A stretch of DNA of 64,000 nt from an uncultured Spirochaetota bacterium (GTDB lineage: Bacteria > Spirochaetota > Spirochaetia > SZUA-6 > CAVTHK01), in NCBI GenBank assembly GCA_963734495.1, contig CAVTHK010000006.1, positions 1 to 64,000 of the forward strand. Reading direction: 5' to 3'. The notes beneath the pieces were generated by a model that made no database searches, was not told the DNA's origin, and saw only the letters and a program-made list of their open reading frames with translations. Positions 24,225 to 33,716 of this stretch are shown one piece after another (positions within the stretch are counted from its first letter, which is position 1; each line of letters starts with the position of its first letter). Position numbers and translations under genes: made by a program.

Positions 24225-24452
24225 GGTCCCGCCTCGCTTCCAGGGGCGCGGCAGCCGCGGTCTCCGCCGCGCCGGCCCGCGCAGCGGCGAGTGTAGCCTT
24301 CCCCGTGGCTCTTGTCTCGGCGTTTCCGGCGATCCGTGTCCGATGAATCCGGCGGGCCCGCTCCCGCGTACGTATGTCGTGAGGCCGCGGCGGCGGCGGG
24401 ATGTACTGAAGCGGAAGCTTATGCGGGGCTTCGGCTCCGCCGGCAAGGGGAA

Positions 24453-24490
24453 GGCCTCCGGAGGTTCGCCTTCGGAGGCCGTATTTTTCT
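24453..24490 (+). terminator. Rho-independent terminator-like hairpin (possibly bidirectional)
   Basis: GGCCTCCGGAGG-TTCG-CCTTCGGAGGCC followed by GTATTTTT. Confidence 0.65.
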
Positions 24491-24510
24491 CCCCGGCGGA
24501 GGGCGGGCGC

Positions 24511-25734
24511 TCAGGCGCGCGACACGCCGCGGCAGGCTCGGGCGAAGGCCGCGAAGAACGCGTCGCGCCCTTCAGGACGCGACGCTGCTCCCTGCCACAG
24601 GGGCGGCTTGCCTCCCCCTTTGCCCGCGATCGGCTCGAGCAGCGCGGGAAGCAGCGCGCCGAAGTCGAGCGGGACGCCCGGGCCGGCGCCGAGCGCCCAC
24701 CGGAGCCGGCCTTCAATTTCATTGATCAGGCAGAACGCAATGTTGCCGGCCGCGGCGAGCTCCTGCCCGACGCGGCGGAGAAAGTCGCCGTCTTCGCCGG
24801 TGAACGCGGCGGTCGCGATCAGCAGGGACCCCGCGGGCTCCGCTCGCGCAGCCAGCGCACCCGCAACCTCGCGCGCGACGCGCCTCGCCGCGGTCTCGAG
24901 CGCATGCTCCTGCGATTCGCAGCGCGCCCGGAGGCGCAGCACCGCCTCGAGCGCCGCCTCAGGCGGGGCGGAGAGCTCCTCGCCGACGCCGGCGACGACG
25001 CGGCCGCAGGCCCTGTAGTCCAGGAGCGCGCGCCGGCCGATCTTCCAGTGCGTGCGCATCCTGCCGCGGATCCGTTCGACCTTCGAGAGGCGGACGAGCT
25101 GGACCTCCGCCGTGCGCGCGACGTGCAGGCCGCCGCAGGCGACGCGGTCGACGCCGCCGATCTCCACCAGCCGAAGGCGGCCCTTGCGGGCGGTGGGCCT
25201 ACGGAGGGCAAGGTGCGCCAGCTCCTGCTCGTCTACCCAGCGAGCGGTCACCGGCAGGTCGGCGGCGATGAGCTCCGCGGCCCGCTCCTCGGCTCGCTCG
25301 AGGTCCGCGTCGGAGAGCGTCCCGGCGTCCAGCTCGATCGTGGAGACCTGCTCGCCGAGGTGGACGCTCACCGTCTGCGCCTTGCAGGCCGCGAGCAGAG
25401 CGTTCGAGAGCAGGTGCTGCCCGGTGTGCTGCTGCATGTAGTCCCAGCGCCGCGGCCAGTCGACCCGGCCGGCCAGCGTCTCCCCCGCCGGGCGCTGGGC
25501 GAGCCCAGCTATACGCTGGGCGAGCGTGTGCAGGATGCGGTCGCCCTGCTTCTGCACGTCGGTGACGGCGATGCCGCCGATCGTGCCGCGGTCTGCCGGC
25601 TGCCCGCCGCCTTCCGGGTAAAAGGCGGTCCTGTCCAGCTCGACGCGAAAGACGCCGCCGCCTTCGTCGACGGCGACGACGCGGGCTTCGAAGTCGGCGA
25701 GGCGCGGGTCCAGGTAATAGAGGGCTTCGGTCAT
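24511..25734 (-). CDS. Free-standing alanyl-tRNA editing protein (AlaX, with C-terminal DHHA1)
   Basis: FYPEGGGQPADRG, MQQHTGQH, CGGLH, GKGGG. Confidence 0.9.
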   Translation of the reverse strand: MTEALYYLDPRLADFEARVVAVDEGGGVFRVELDRTAFYPEGGGQPADRGTIGGIAVTDVQKQGDRILHTLAQRIAGLAQRPAGETLAGRVDWPRRWDYMQQHTGQHLLSNALLAACKAQTVSVHLGEQVSTIELDAGTLSDADLERAEERAAELIAADLPVTARWVDEQELAHLALRRPTARKGRLRLVEIGGVDRVACGGLHVARTAEVQLVRLSKVERIRGRMRTHWKIGRRALLDYRACGRVVAGVGEELSAPPEAALEAVLRLRARCESQEHALETAARRVAREVAGALAARAEPAGSLLIATAAFTGEDGDFLRRVGQELAAAGNIAFCLINEIEGRLRWALGAGPGVPLDFGALLPALLEPIAGKGGGKPPLWQGAASRPEGRDAFFAAFARACRGVSRA

Positions 25735-25763
25735 GGCGCTCACAGGCTACCCCAAGGCCGCGC

Positions 25764-25793
25764 AAAACAAAAAGGGGGCTGTTCCCAGCCCCC
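25764..25793 (-). terminator. Rho-independent terminator of the DUF5666 gene
   Basis: Minus strand GGGGGCTG-GGAA-CAGCCCCC-TTTTTGTTTT. Confidence 0.85.
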
Positions 25794-25816
25794 TCTCCTC
25801 GCGCGGCCCGTGCGCC

Positions 25817-27196
25817 TCAGTCTTCCAGCTCGGCTTCCGTCGCGGTCAGCGTGTTGGAACCCGAGTCATAGGATCCTTTGGCCTGGACCAGTGTGCCGCC
25901 GATGCCCCCTGCGGGAGTCACCGCGGCAAAGAACTGATCGCGGGTCATCGCTCCATGATCGCCCTCGACGGTCGCGCCCGAGAGGTTGACCGTGATTCCG
26001 AGCAGAGTCATCGTGTACGTCGGCGAGCCGACCTTGGCCTGCGCCGGCGCCTGGAGGGAGTCGCCGCTTCCGGTGCTTGCGACGCGGTCAGCGTACAGCG
26101 TCGATCCGGTCGGGTCCGCGAACGCCCTGACCCTGAGGTGACCGCCGTCCGCGGTCGGCCAGATGCCTTCGGTGAAGGCCGTCTTGTTCACGACGAGCCC
26201 GAGCACGGTGACCGTGCCGGCGCTGTGGGCGGTGACCGTGCCTTCGATCCCGATCCTCACGCGCTGGAACTTCAGCTCCTGGGCCACGAGGGTCGTCCCG
26301 TTCTGGGTGCCTTCGACTTCGACACGGACGTCGTTGGCGAGGTCCGCGGACGACCCGTTCTTGAACTCGGTCGTCGAAGTCGTCTCCACGGTCTGTCCGT
26401 TCACCTGGAAGGTCCCGGGGGTCGCGGTAAACGCGCTCACTATCCCTTCGATCTCCACCTCGGAGCCGTTTGCCGGCTTGAAGTCCGGGTCTTCGGTCAG
26501 GTCTTCGACCTTGACGAGCGACGCCTTCGCGGGCGATGTCTGGGAAAGCCTGACCTCGACCCGCATGCCGTCCGCAAGGGTCGTCCCCGAAGGGACGATG
26601 GTGGCCGACGAGAAGTCGATCACCAGCGACTCGATCTGGAATGTCGTGGCCGTCAGCGCGGAGATCACCCCCTTGAGCTCGGCCTCCGAGGGCGCGCTGT
26701 TCAGCTTTACGATGCGGGTCGCGCGGATGTTGCCGGACGAGTCGCGCAGCCCGTGAACCTTGACCCAGTCCGAAACGCTGAGGCCGGCGAGCCCCGTCAC
26801 GTTGGAGTACTTCGTCTGGTCATCCACGAAGATCATCTGGCCGAGGACCTGCAGCGTGCCAGCCGTGGCGTCGACGGCCTGCACCTGGCCCCGCAGCTCG
26901 TCCTGCGTCTCGAGCTTTTCCAGCGTGCCGGTCCCGTTGCCGTTGTCGATGCCCTTCAGGGTGACGACCATGCCGTCGTTGAGATCCGCATCGGAGCCGG
27001 CGCCTCCGTCGACCATGATCGAGGTCCCGGGAGGAATGCTGAAGTGCACCCCGTTGAGAATGACGCTGCCCTTGAGCATCACCCCCCTCATGACGACAGG
27101 CGTCCCGGAGCTCCCCCCGCCGCCCATCGAGCAGCCGGCTGCCGCCAGCGCGACGATGGCCATGAACAGCCATCCCCTGGTCCATTTCCTGCCCAT
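25817..27196 (-). CDS. DUF5666 repeat lipoprotein
   Basis: Lipobox LAAAGC; repeated OB-like units (ELRGQVQ, ELKGVIS, EIEGIVS, GIEGTVT; L..G..V.V.G). Confidence 0.8.
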   Translation of the reverse strand: MGRKWTRGWLFMAIVALAAAGCSMGGGGSSGTPVVMRGVMLKGSVILNGVHFSIPPGTSIMVDGGAGSDADLNDGMVVTLKGIDNGNGTGTLEKLETQDELRGQVQAVDATAGTLQVLGQMIFVDDQTKYSNVTGLAGLSVSDWVKVHGLRDSSGNIRATRIVKLNSAPSEAELKGVISALTATTFQIESLVIDFSSATIVPSGTTLADGMRVEVRLSQTSPAKASLVKVEDLTEDPDFKPANGSEVEIEGIVSAFTATPGTFQVNGQTVETTSTTEFKNGSSADLANDVRVEVEGTQNGTTLVAQELKFQRVRIGIEGTVTAHSAGTVTVLGLVVNKTAFTEGIWPTADGGHLRVRAFADPTGSTLYADRVASTGSGDSLQAPAQAKVGSPTYTMTLLGITVNLSGATVEGDHGAMTRDQFFAAVTPAGGIGGTLVQAKGSYDSGSNTLTATEAELED

Positions 27197-27519
27197 TCGA
27201 CACCCTCTCCAACAGACGTTTTTGGTGCCTGACTTAGCTGACCAAATCAGACAGGTACAACTGTAGCACCTCGCTCGGAAAAAACAGCCTTGCACTAACC
27301 ATGATACGCACGGTGCTTGCTTGGTGGATCTCTGGCTCGGCGACCGGTCTGCCCCGAGCGTCGCGCCTCCCTGCCCTCGCGCCTGTTCGTGCGCCCCCCT
27401 TTGGGGGGTTTGCGCCCCCTGCCGTCGCCACCCGAGGCGGGCAGAGCTCCCCCCGTCCCCTGGGATTTGCGCCTCCGGCTGCGGCGGGGATATGATCTCG
27501 GCTTTCCAAAGGAGGGACG

Positions 27520-28479
27520 ATGCGGGACCGTGTGGCGTTTTTCGAGGGGCCGGGCCGCTGGGCCTGGCGCGAGCGCGAGCTCGACGTAGGCGAAAGCGGC
27601 GTGCTCGTGCGGACCGCGTCGGCGTCGATCTGCGGCACGGACAAGAATATCCACCAGGGCAGGCTGCCCGAGACGAAGCAGTATCCCTTTGCCATCGGAC
27701 ACGAAGGCGGAGGCGTCGTGGAGCAGGTCGGCCCGAAGGTCAGGCGCTTCCGCGCCGGCGACCGCGTGATGTCGTTCGGGTGGCACGGCACGTGGGCAAA
27801 GTATTTCGTCGCCGACGAGGACTCCCTCGAGCCGGCTCCCGAAGGGCTGGACCTCGACGTCGCCTGCCTCGGGGAGCCCCTGGCCTGCGCCATGTTCTCG
27901 GGCCTCACGGCGGGCGTGGAGCTCGGAGACACGGTGGCCGTCTTCGGCATGGGCTTCGCCGGCCAGATCATCGCGCAGGTCGCCAAGGCCAAGGGTGCGC
28001 ACACGGTCGTCGCCGTCGACCTGTTCGACGGCAAGCTGGAGCTGGCGAAACGGCTCGGCGCCGACGTCGCCATCAACGCGGGCCGCGAGGACGTCGTCGC
28101 GGCGCTCCGTGACCTCACTGGCGGCCGCGGCGTCGACGTCGCGGTCGAGGCGGCAGGCACCGAGGGAGCCCTCAACACCTGCTCGACCGTGCTCAAGCAC
28201 AACGGCAGGCTCGCCCTCTACAGCTGGATCACGCAGCCGGTCACGCTCAACATCTCGCGGTGGCACGACGACGGCCTGGACATCCGCACGACCTGCCTGG
28301 TCCACCACACGCTGCAGGAGCGCATGGTCTGGACGCCGTGGAGCCTGAGACCGGTGCTCCTCGGGATGGTCCAGGTCAGGCCGCTGGTGACGCACGTGTT
28401 CCCGCTGTCCGAGGTGGGCGCCGCGCTCGAAGCGGCGGTAGGGGACCCGTCAGCGATCAAAGTCCGCCTCGAGGCGTGA
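27520..28479 (+). CDS. Zinc-binding (MDR) dehydrogenase lacking the structural Zn lobe
   Basis: ICGTD, GHEGGG, GMGFAG; SD GGAGGG. Confidence 0.9.
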   Translation: MRDRVAFFEGPGRWAWRERELDVGESGVLVRTASASICGTDKNIHQGRLPETKQYPFAIGHEGGGVVEQVGPKVRRFRAGDRVMSFGWHGTWAKYFVADEDSLEPAPEGLDLDVACLGEPLACAMFSGLTAGVELGDTVAVFGMGFAGQIIAQVAKAKGAHTVVAVDLFDGKLELAKRLGADVAINAGREDVVAALRDLTGGRGVDVAVEAAGTEGALNTCSTVLKHNGRLALYSWITQPVTLNISRWHDDGLDIRTTCLVHHTLQERMVWTPWSLRPVLLGMVQVRPLVTHVFPLSEVGAALEAAVGDPSAIKVRLEA

Positions 28480-28512
28480 GGCGGACGCCGCAGGCATGCC
28501 GATGAGGAGAAT

Positions 28513-30276
28513 ATGAGCCCCGAGATCAGACGCGGCCTCAGCATGAGGGCCAAGATCATCATCGCGTTCTGCGCGCTGAGCGCGCTCGTCAGCTTCGCGC
28601 TGGGGGTGACGACCTACGAGATCCTGAACCGCAACCTCCTGCACGAGCTGCAGAACCGCGTGCGCAGCCTCGCACAGACCGGCAGCATGCTGCTCGACCG
28701 CGGCGCGCTCCGCAGGCTGTCGGCCGCCGCCCGCCCCGGCCTCCCGGCCGACCGGGTGTCTGCCCTCGAGCAGTCGGCCGATTTCCGCAGGATCTCGGAC
28801 CAGCTCAACGCGCTGCGCGACACCGAGAAGTCCCTCATCCGCTTCGTCTACACCTTCGTCCCGACGCCGGATGAAAACCTCGCTCTCTACCTCGTCGACG
28901 CCGACGTCCTGCAGGACACCGCCAGCGGCGCGAAGGACATCTCGCACCTGGCCTCCGATTTCGACGTGACGGATTTCCCGGTCGCCCGGCAGGCGCTCCG
29001 CGAGAACACGGTGCTGGTCGAGCCGCGGTACACCTACGACGAGGAATTCAAGGTGAACTCCATCACCGGCTACGCGCCGGTCCTCGACGCCGGCGGCCAG
29101 CCGCTCGCGGTCCTCGGCCTCGACATGGTCGACACCGACGCGCGCCTCGTCCTGCGCGGCGTCACGCGGGTTTCGCTCGTGGTGGCGGTGGCCGCGCTGG
29201 CCGTCTCGATCGCGACTTCGGTGGTGCTCGGCACCCTCTTTACGCGCGGCATCATCCACCTGGACGAAGTCGTGCGGACCTTTGACGTGGAGAGAAACGT
29301 GGACGTGCGGGCCGAGGTCCGCTCCCGCGACGAGGTCGGGCGCCTCGGCCTGAGCTTCAACCAGATGGCGGACCTCGTCCAGCGCTACGCAGGCGATCAG
29401 GAGGCCCTGCTCAAGGCGTACGGCCGCTTCGTGCCCTACGACTTCCTGCGCTTCCTGGAAAAGAAGTCCATAACGGACGTCAAGCTCGGCGACCAGGTGG
29501 CCCGCGAGATGACCGTCATGTTCTCGGACATCCAGTCGTTCACCACGCTTTCCGAGAAGATGGGCCCCGAGGAGAACTTTAATTTCCTCAACTCCTACCT
29601 CTCGCGGGTCGGGCCCGAGATCCGGGCAAACCGGGGTTTTATCGACAAGTACATCGGCGACTCCATCATGGCGCTCTTTCCGGAGCAGCCGGACGACGCG
29701 GTCCGCGCCGCGATCGGCATGCGGGCGAAGCTCATGGAGTACAACAGGCACCGGGCCGCCACGCACTATGACCCGATCGCCATCGGGATCGGCATCCACA
29801 CGGGACGCCTGATGCTGGGGACCATCGGCGAGCAGGAGCGCATGGACGGCTCCGTCATCTCCGATGCCGTCAATCTCTGTTCGCGCCTCGAGTCGCTCAC
29901 ACGCCTGTACGGCGGCTCCGTGCTGGTCACGGGCGTCACGCTCAGCCGCATGGAGAACGCGCGCGCTTTCCACACGCGCTTCGTCGACCGCGTCCGCGTC
30001 AAGGGCCGCACCGAAAGCGTGCTCGTCTACGAGGTCCTCGACGGCGACACGCCCGAGATCGTGGAGCGGAAGATCGGCGCCAGGGCCGAATGGACTCAGG
30101 CCGTCAACCTGTACTACGACAAGCAGTTCGCCGCCGCGCACAAGGCGCTCAGCGCGCTCGGCAAGCGCGACCCGAACGACCGCGTGATCGAGCTGTACCT
30201 CAAGCGGTGCGCGCGCCTCATCAAGGACGGCGTCCCCCAGGGCTGGGAAGGCGTCGAGTCGATCGAGGTCAAGTAG
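28513..30276 (+). CDS. Membrane class III adenylate cyclase with periplasmic sensor and HAMP
   Basis: DEVGRL..SFNQM, MFSDIQSFT, IDKYIGD, VISDAVNLCSRLE. Confidence 0.93.
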   Translation: MSPEIRRGLSMRAKIIIAFCALSALVSFALGVTTYEILNRNLLHELQNRVRSLAQTGSMLLDRGALRRLSAAARPGLPADRVSALEQSADFRRISDQLNALRDTEKSLIRFVYTFVPTPDENLALYLVDADVLQDTASGAKDISHLASDFDVTDFPVARQALRENTVLVEPRYTYDEEFKVNSITGYAPVLDAGGQPLAVLGLDMVDTDARLVLRGVTRVSLVVAVAALAVSIATSVVLGTLFTRGIIHLDEVVRTFDVERNVDVRAEVRSRDEVGRLGLSFNQMADLVQRYAGDQEALLKAYGRFVPYDFLRFLEKKSITDVKLGDQVAREMTVMFSDIQSFTTLSEKMGPEENFNFLNSYLSRVGPEIRANRGFIDKYIGDSIMALFPEQPDDAVRAAIGMRAKLMEYNRHRAATHYDPIAIGIGIHTGRLMLGTIGEQERMDGSVISDAVNLCSRLESLTRLYGGSVLVTGVTLSRMENARAFHTRFVDRVRVKGRTESVLVYEVLDGDTPEIVERKIGARAEWTQAVNLYYDKQFAAAHKALSALGKRDPNDRVIELYLKRCARLIKDGVPQGWEGVESIEVK

Positions 30277-30292
30277 GGCGAGGAGGCCGATC

Positions 30293-31348
30293 GTGCTGAG
30301 AGTCCTCGTGGTCGGCTGCGGGACGATGGGCAGCTCTCACGCCCGCGCCTACCGCCGCATGGCGGAATGCGAAGTCGTCGGCGTGGTGAGCCGGGGGCGC
30401 GACACCCGCGAAGCGCTGGCCCGCGAGCTCGGCGTGGCCGCCCACGGCGACTTCCACGAGGCGCTGCGCTCGACGCGCCCCGACGCGGTATCCATCAACA
30501 CCTATCCGGACACTCATGCGCCCTATGCCGTCGCGGCGCTCGATGCAGGCGCCCACGTGTTTCTGGAAAAGCCGATCGGCACCACGGTCGCCGAAGCGGA
30601 CGCCGTCGTCGCGGCCGCGCGCCGGGCGGGCCGGAAGTTGGTGATCGGCTACATCCTCCGTCACCACCCTTCGTGGCAGCGCTTCGTCGAGGCGGCCCGC
30701 GGCCTGGGCAAGCCGCTGGTCATGCGCATGAACTTGAACCAGCAGAGCAGCGGCAGGGCCTGGGAGACGCACAAGAGCCTCATGGGCTCGCTCTCCCCGA
30801 TCGTCGACTGCGGGGTCCACTACGTCGACGTCATGTGCCAGATGACCCGGGCGCGGCCCGTGCGCGTCCACGCCGTCGGGGCTCGCCTCACCGGCGAGGT
30901 CGACCCTGACATGTACAACTACGGGCAGCTGCAGGTGGCCTTCGACGACGGCTCGGTCGGGTGGTACGAGGCCGGCTGGGGCCCGATGATGAGCGAGACC
31001 GCGTTCTTCGTGAAGGACGTCGTGGGGCCGCGGGGAAGCGTCAGCATGGTCGGCCACGAGGGCGGCTCAGCGGACATAGACTCGCACACGCGGACAAACC
31101 GGCTTCTCATCCATCACGGGGAGCTCGGGCCGGACGGCTCGTTCGCGCGCGGCGACGAGGCGGTCGACACATCGGCGGAGCCCGGTCACCAGGAGCTGTG
31201 CGACCGCGAGCAGGCCTTCTTCCTCAAGGCGATCCGGGACGACCTCGACCTCGAGGAGCACATGCAGGCCGCCGTCGACAGCCTGCGCGTCGTGCTCGCC
31301 GCCGACGAATCGGTCCGCACCCACCGCGTCGTCGAGCTCGCGCCCTAG
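30293..31348 (+). CDS. Gfo/Idh/MocA family oxidoreductase
   Basis: VGCGTMG, FLEKP, DCGVHYVD. Confidence 0.92.
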   Translation: MLRVLVVGCGTMGSSHARAYRRMAECEVVGVVSRGRDTREALARELGVAAHGDFHEALRSTRPDAVSINTYPDTHAPYAVAALDAGAHVFLEKPIGTTVAEADAVVAAARRAGRKLVIGYILRHHPSWQRFVEAARGLGKPLVMRMNLNQQSSGRAWETHKSLMGSLSPIVDCGVHYVDVMCQMTRARPVRVHAVGARLTGEVDPDMYNYGQLQVAFDDGSVGWYEAGWGPMMSETAFFVKDVVGPRGSVSMVGHEGGSADIDSHTRTNRLLIHHGELGPDGSFARGDEAVDTSAEPGHQELCDREQAFFLKAIRDDLDLEEHMQAAVDSLRVVLAADESVRTHRVVELAP

Positions 31349-32574
31349 CCCGCCGCGGAGGCGACGGAGCGCAGCTCCGCGGCGTGCTCGCGGATCTTCG
31401 CGATCGCGGCGATCACGTCGTCGATGTCGCCGTCGTCGCCTAACAGAACGTACTGCGGAATCCAGACGACCTCGCGGCAGGCCTGCTCGCAGGCGGGCAG
31501 CCGGAGCGCCTCGTAGTCGATCGCCCGGCTGAGCCGGGCGCGCAGCCGCGGATCGGCGAAGAGCCGCTGGCGGTGCAGCGGCGTGTAGCCCGGGCTGCAG
31601 GGGATGCCTTCGGCCTCCAGCGCGCGCACGAACGCCCCCCTCGGCGCACCGCCGAAGCGCTCCGAGAGGTAGCGGAAGGTGTACAAGTGGTACGCGTGGC
31701 GGCCGACCCTCGCGTCCGCCGGCGGCACGACCAGGCCGTCGATGCGGGCGAGCGCCGCGTCGAGCCGCCGCGCGGCGCGCTCGCGGGCCGACGCCTGCGC
31801 CGGAAGGCGCTGCATCTGCGCCAGCAGCACCGCGGCCTGCCAGTCGGTCATCCGGTCGTTGCCGCCGAGGCGCGGGTGCTCGTACCAGGGCCCGCCGGGG
31901 TCGCGGCCGCAGTGGCGGATCGACCAGCACCGCTCGGCGAGACCGTCGTCGTCGACCGTGATCATCCCGCCCTCGCCCGCGCTCATGTTCTTGGAGAGTT
32001 GAAAGCTGAAGGACCCCGCGGCGCCCAACGACCCTGCCGCCCGCCCCCGCCACACGGCGCCATGCGCCTGCGCCGCATCCTCGACCAGCGCGATGCCGCG
32101 GCGGCGCGCAACCTCGCCGAGCGAGTCCATGTCGGCCGGCCTGCCGGCCATGTGGACCGCGATGATCGCCCGCGTGCGCCCGGTGACCGCCTCCTCGACC
32201 TTTGCCGCGTCCAGGCAGAGCGTGTCGAGGTCGATGTCGGCGAACACCGGCGTGGCGCCCGCCAGCAGCGCCGCGGTCGCCGTGGCCACGAACGTGTATG
32301 GGGGCACGATCACCTCGTCGCCCGGCCCGATGTCCAGCGCCCGCAGCACGATCTCCAGCGAGGCCGTGCCGTTGGTGACCGCCAGGGCCCGCCTGACGCC
32401 CACCATCGCCGCGAAGCGCCGCTCGAGCTCCTCGGCCTTCGGGCCGAGGGTCCCCCATTTGCGGCTCTCGAGGACCTCGATGAGGGCCGCGCGCTCGCGC
32501 TCGTCGTACTGCGGCCACGGCGGAAAGGGCCGCGCGCGCGTTCTATCGCCTCCGAGGATCGCCAGGCCAGCCAT
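31345..32574 (-). CDS. DegT/DnrJ/EryC1/StrS PLP-dependent sugar aminotransferase
   Basis: TNGTASL, VEDAAQAHG, SFQLSKNMSAGEGG. Confidence 0.93.
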   Translation of the reverse strand: MAGLAILGGDRTRARPFPPWPQYDERERAALIEVLESRKWGTLGPKAEELERRFAAMVGVRRALAVTNGTASLEIVLRALDIGPGDEVIVPPYTFVATATAALLAGATPVFADIDLDTLCLDAAKVEEAVTGRTRAIIAVHMAGRPADMDSLGEVARRRGIALVEDAAQAHGAVWRGRAAGSLGAAGSFSFQLSKNMSAGEGGMITVDDDGLAERCWSIRHCGRDPGGPWYEHPRLGGNDRMTDWQAAVLLAQMQRLPAQASARERAARRLDAALARIDGLVVPPADARVGRHAYHLYTFRYLSERFGGAPRGAFVRALEAEGIPCSPGYTPLHRQRLFADPRLRARLSRAIDYEALRLPACEQACREVVWIPQYVLLGDDGDIDDVIAAIAKIREHAAELRSVASAAG

Positions 32575-32693
32575 GTCGGGCCTCCCGACTCCGACTATAG
32601 CCGAAGCGGGCCGGCCGCGACAGGCGTGCCTCGAGTTGACGCGGCCCGCTCTGCCGCGTTCAATGCCGGCAGCCTGCAAGGGGGAAGCGAAAG

Positions 32694-33716
32694 ATGAAGG
32701 ACATCAAGGCGGCGGTGGTCGGGCTCGGGCTCGGCCGCTATTTCGTCAACGCCTGCGCGGCCAGCAAGGTCGTGGGGCGGCTCGTGATCTGCGACACGGA
32801 CCAGGCTCGTTGCGACCAGGTGCGCGCCGAAGTCCCCCGCATCGCCGCGGCTTACGCGGGGCTCGAGGAGATGCTGCGGGCGGAAAAGCCGGACGTCGTC
32901 TGCATCGTCACTCCCGACCACATGCACAGGCCGCAGGCGGAGCTCTGCCTCGCCTCCGGCGCGAACGTGCTCATGACCAAGCCGCTGTCCACCACGCTCG
33001 AGGACGGCAAGGCGATCGTCCGCGCGGCGGAGCGGTCGGGCAGGAAGCTCATGGTCGCCCACGAGCGGCGCTTCCGCACGCGCGTCAAGGCGCTCAAGGC
33101 GCTGCTCGCCTCCGGCGAGCTCGGCGACCTCATCATGGTGCAGGCCAACCAGATCTCGGACAAGCGCGCCCAGTTCGCGAAGTCGCCCTGGTATGCTTCG
33201 CCCGCGGCGGGCAGGAGCGCCGTGGTCGGCACGGGGATCCACGAGATCGACCTGCTGCGCTTTCTCGTGAGCCGGCCGCTGCTCGGCGTGAGCGCGGTCG
33301 GCAACCGGATCGGCACCATGACGTTCCCGGCGGACAAGACCACGGCCACCGTGCTGCGGTTCGAGGGAGGCGTGATCGGCCAGACCGCGGTGAGCTACGA
33401 GTGCCACTGGCCGAAGGACGGCCCGCCGACCACTTCCTCCTCGTGGCCTCGCGCGGCGTGGTGTCCGGCGGCAGGGTCGCGCGCGACGGCCGCGACGGCT
33501 GGGAGGAGCTCCCCGTCGACGCGGTCGAGATCGCGGCCGGCTGCGCCGGCAGCGTGCACGCGTTCCTCGCGGCCGTCGTCGACGGCACGGACGTCGCCGT
33601 GCAGCCGCGCGACGCCTACGCGACGCTGGCGGCGTGCGTGGCCGCCGACGTGTCGGCGGCGACCGGAAGGACGGTCGTCCCCGACGCGGCGGACTTCACC
33701 TGGAGAATTCCTATAG
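32694..33716 (+). CDS. Gfo/Idh/MocA oxidoreductase, frameshift near 33425, exact stop uncertain
   Basis: VVGLGLG, TPDHMH, MTKP, GIHEID; C-terminus continues in another frame. Confidence 0.82.
   Translation: MKDIKAAVVGLGLGRYFVNACAASKVVGRLVICDTDQARCDQVRAEVPRIAAAYAGLEEMLRAEKPDVVCIVTPDHMHRPQAELCLASGANVLMTKPLSTTLEDGKAIVRAAERSGRKLMVAHERRFRTRVKALKALLASGELGDLIMVQANQISDKRAQFAKSPWYASPAAGRSAVVGTGIHEIDLLRFLVSRPLLGVSAVGNRIGTMTFPADKTTATVLRFEGGVIGQTAVSYECHWPKDGPPTTSSSWPRAAWCPAAGSRATAATAGRSSPSTRSRSRPAAPAACTRSSRPSSTARTSPCSRATPTRRWRRAWPPTCRRRPEGRSSPTRRTSPGEFL

Noticed and set aside
27385-27490. Short TGCGCC(C/T)CC repeats upstream of the Zn dehydrogenase
   Set aside because: Low-complexity GC sequence, too degenerate to support
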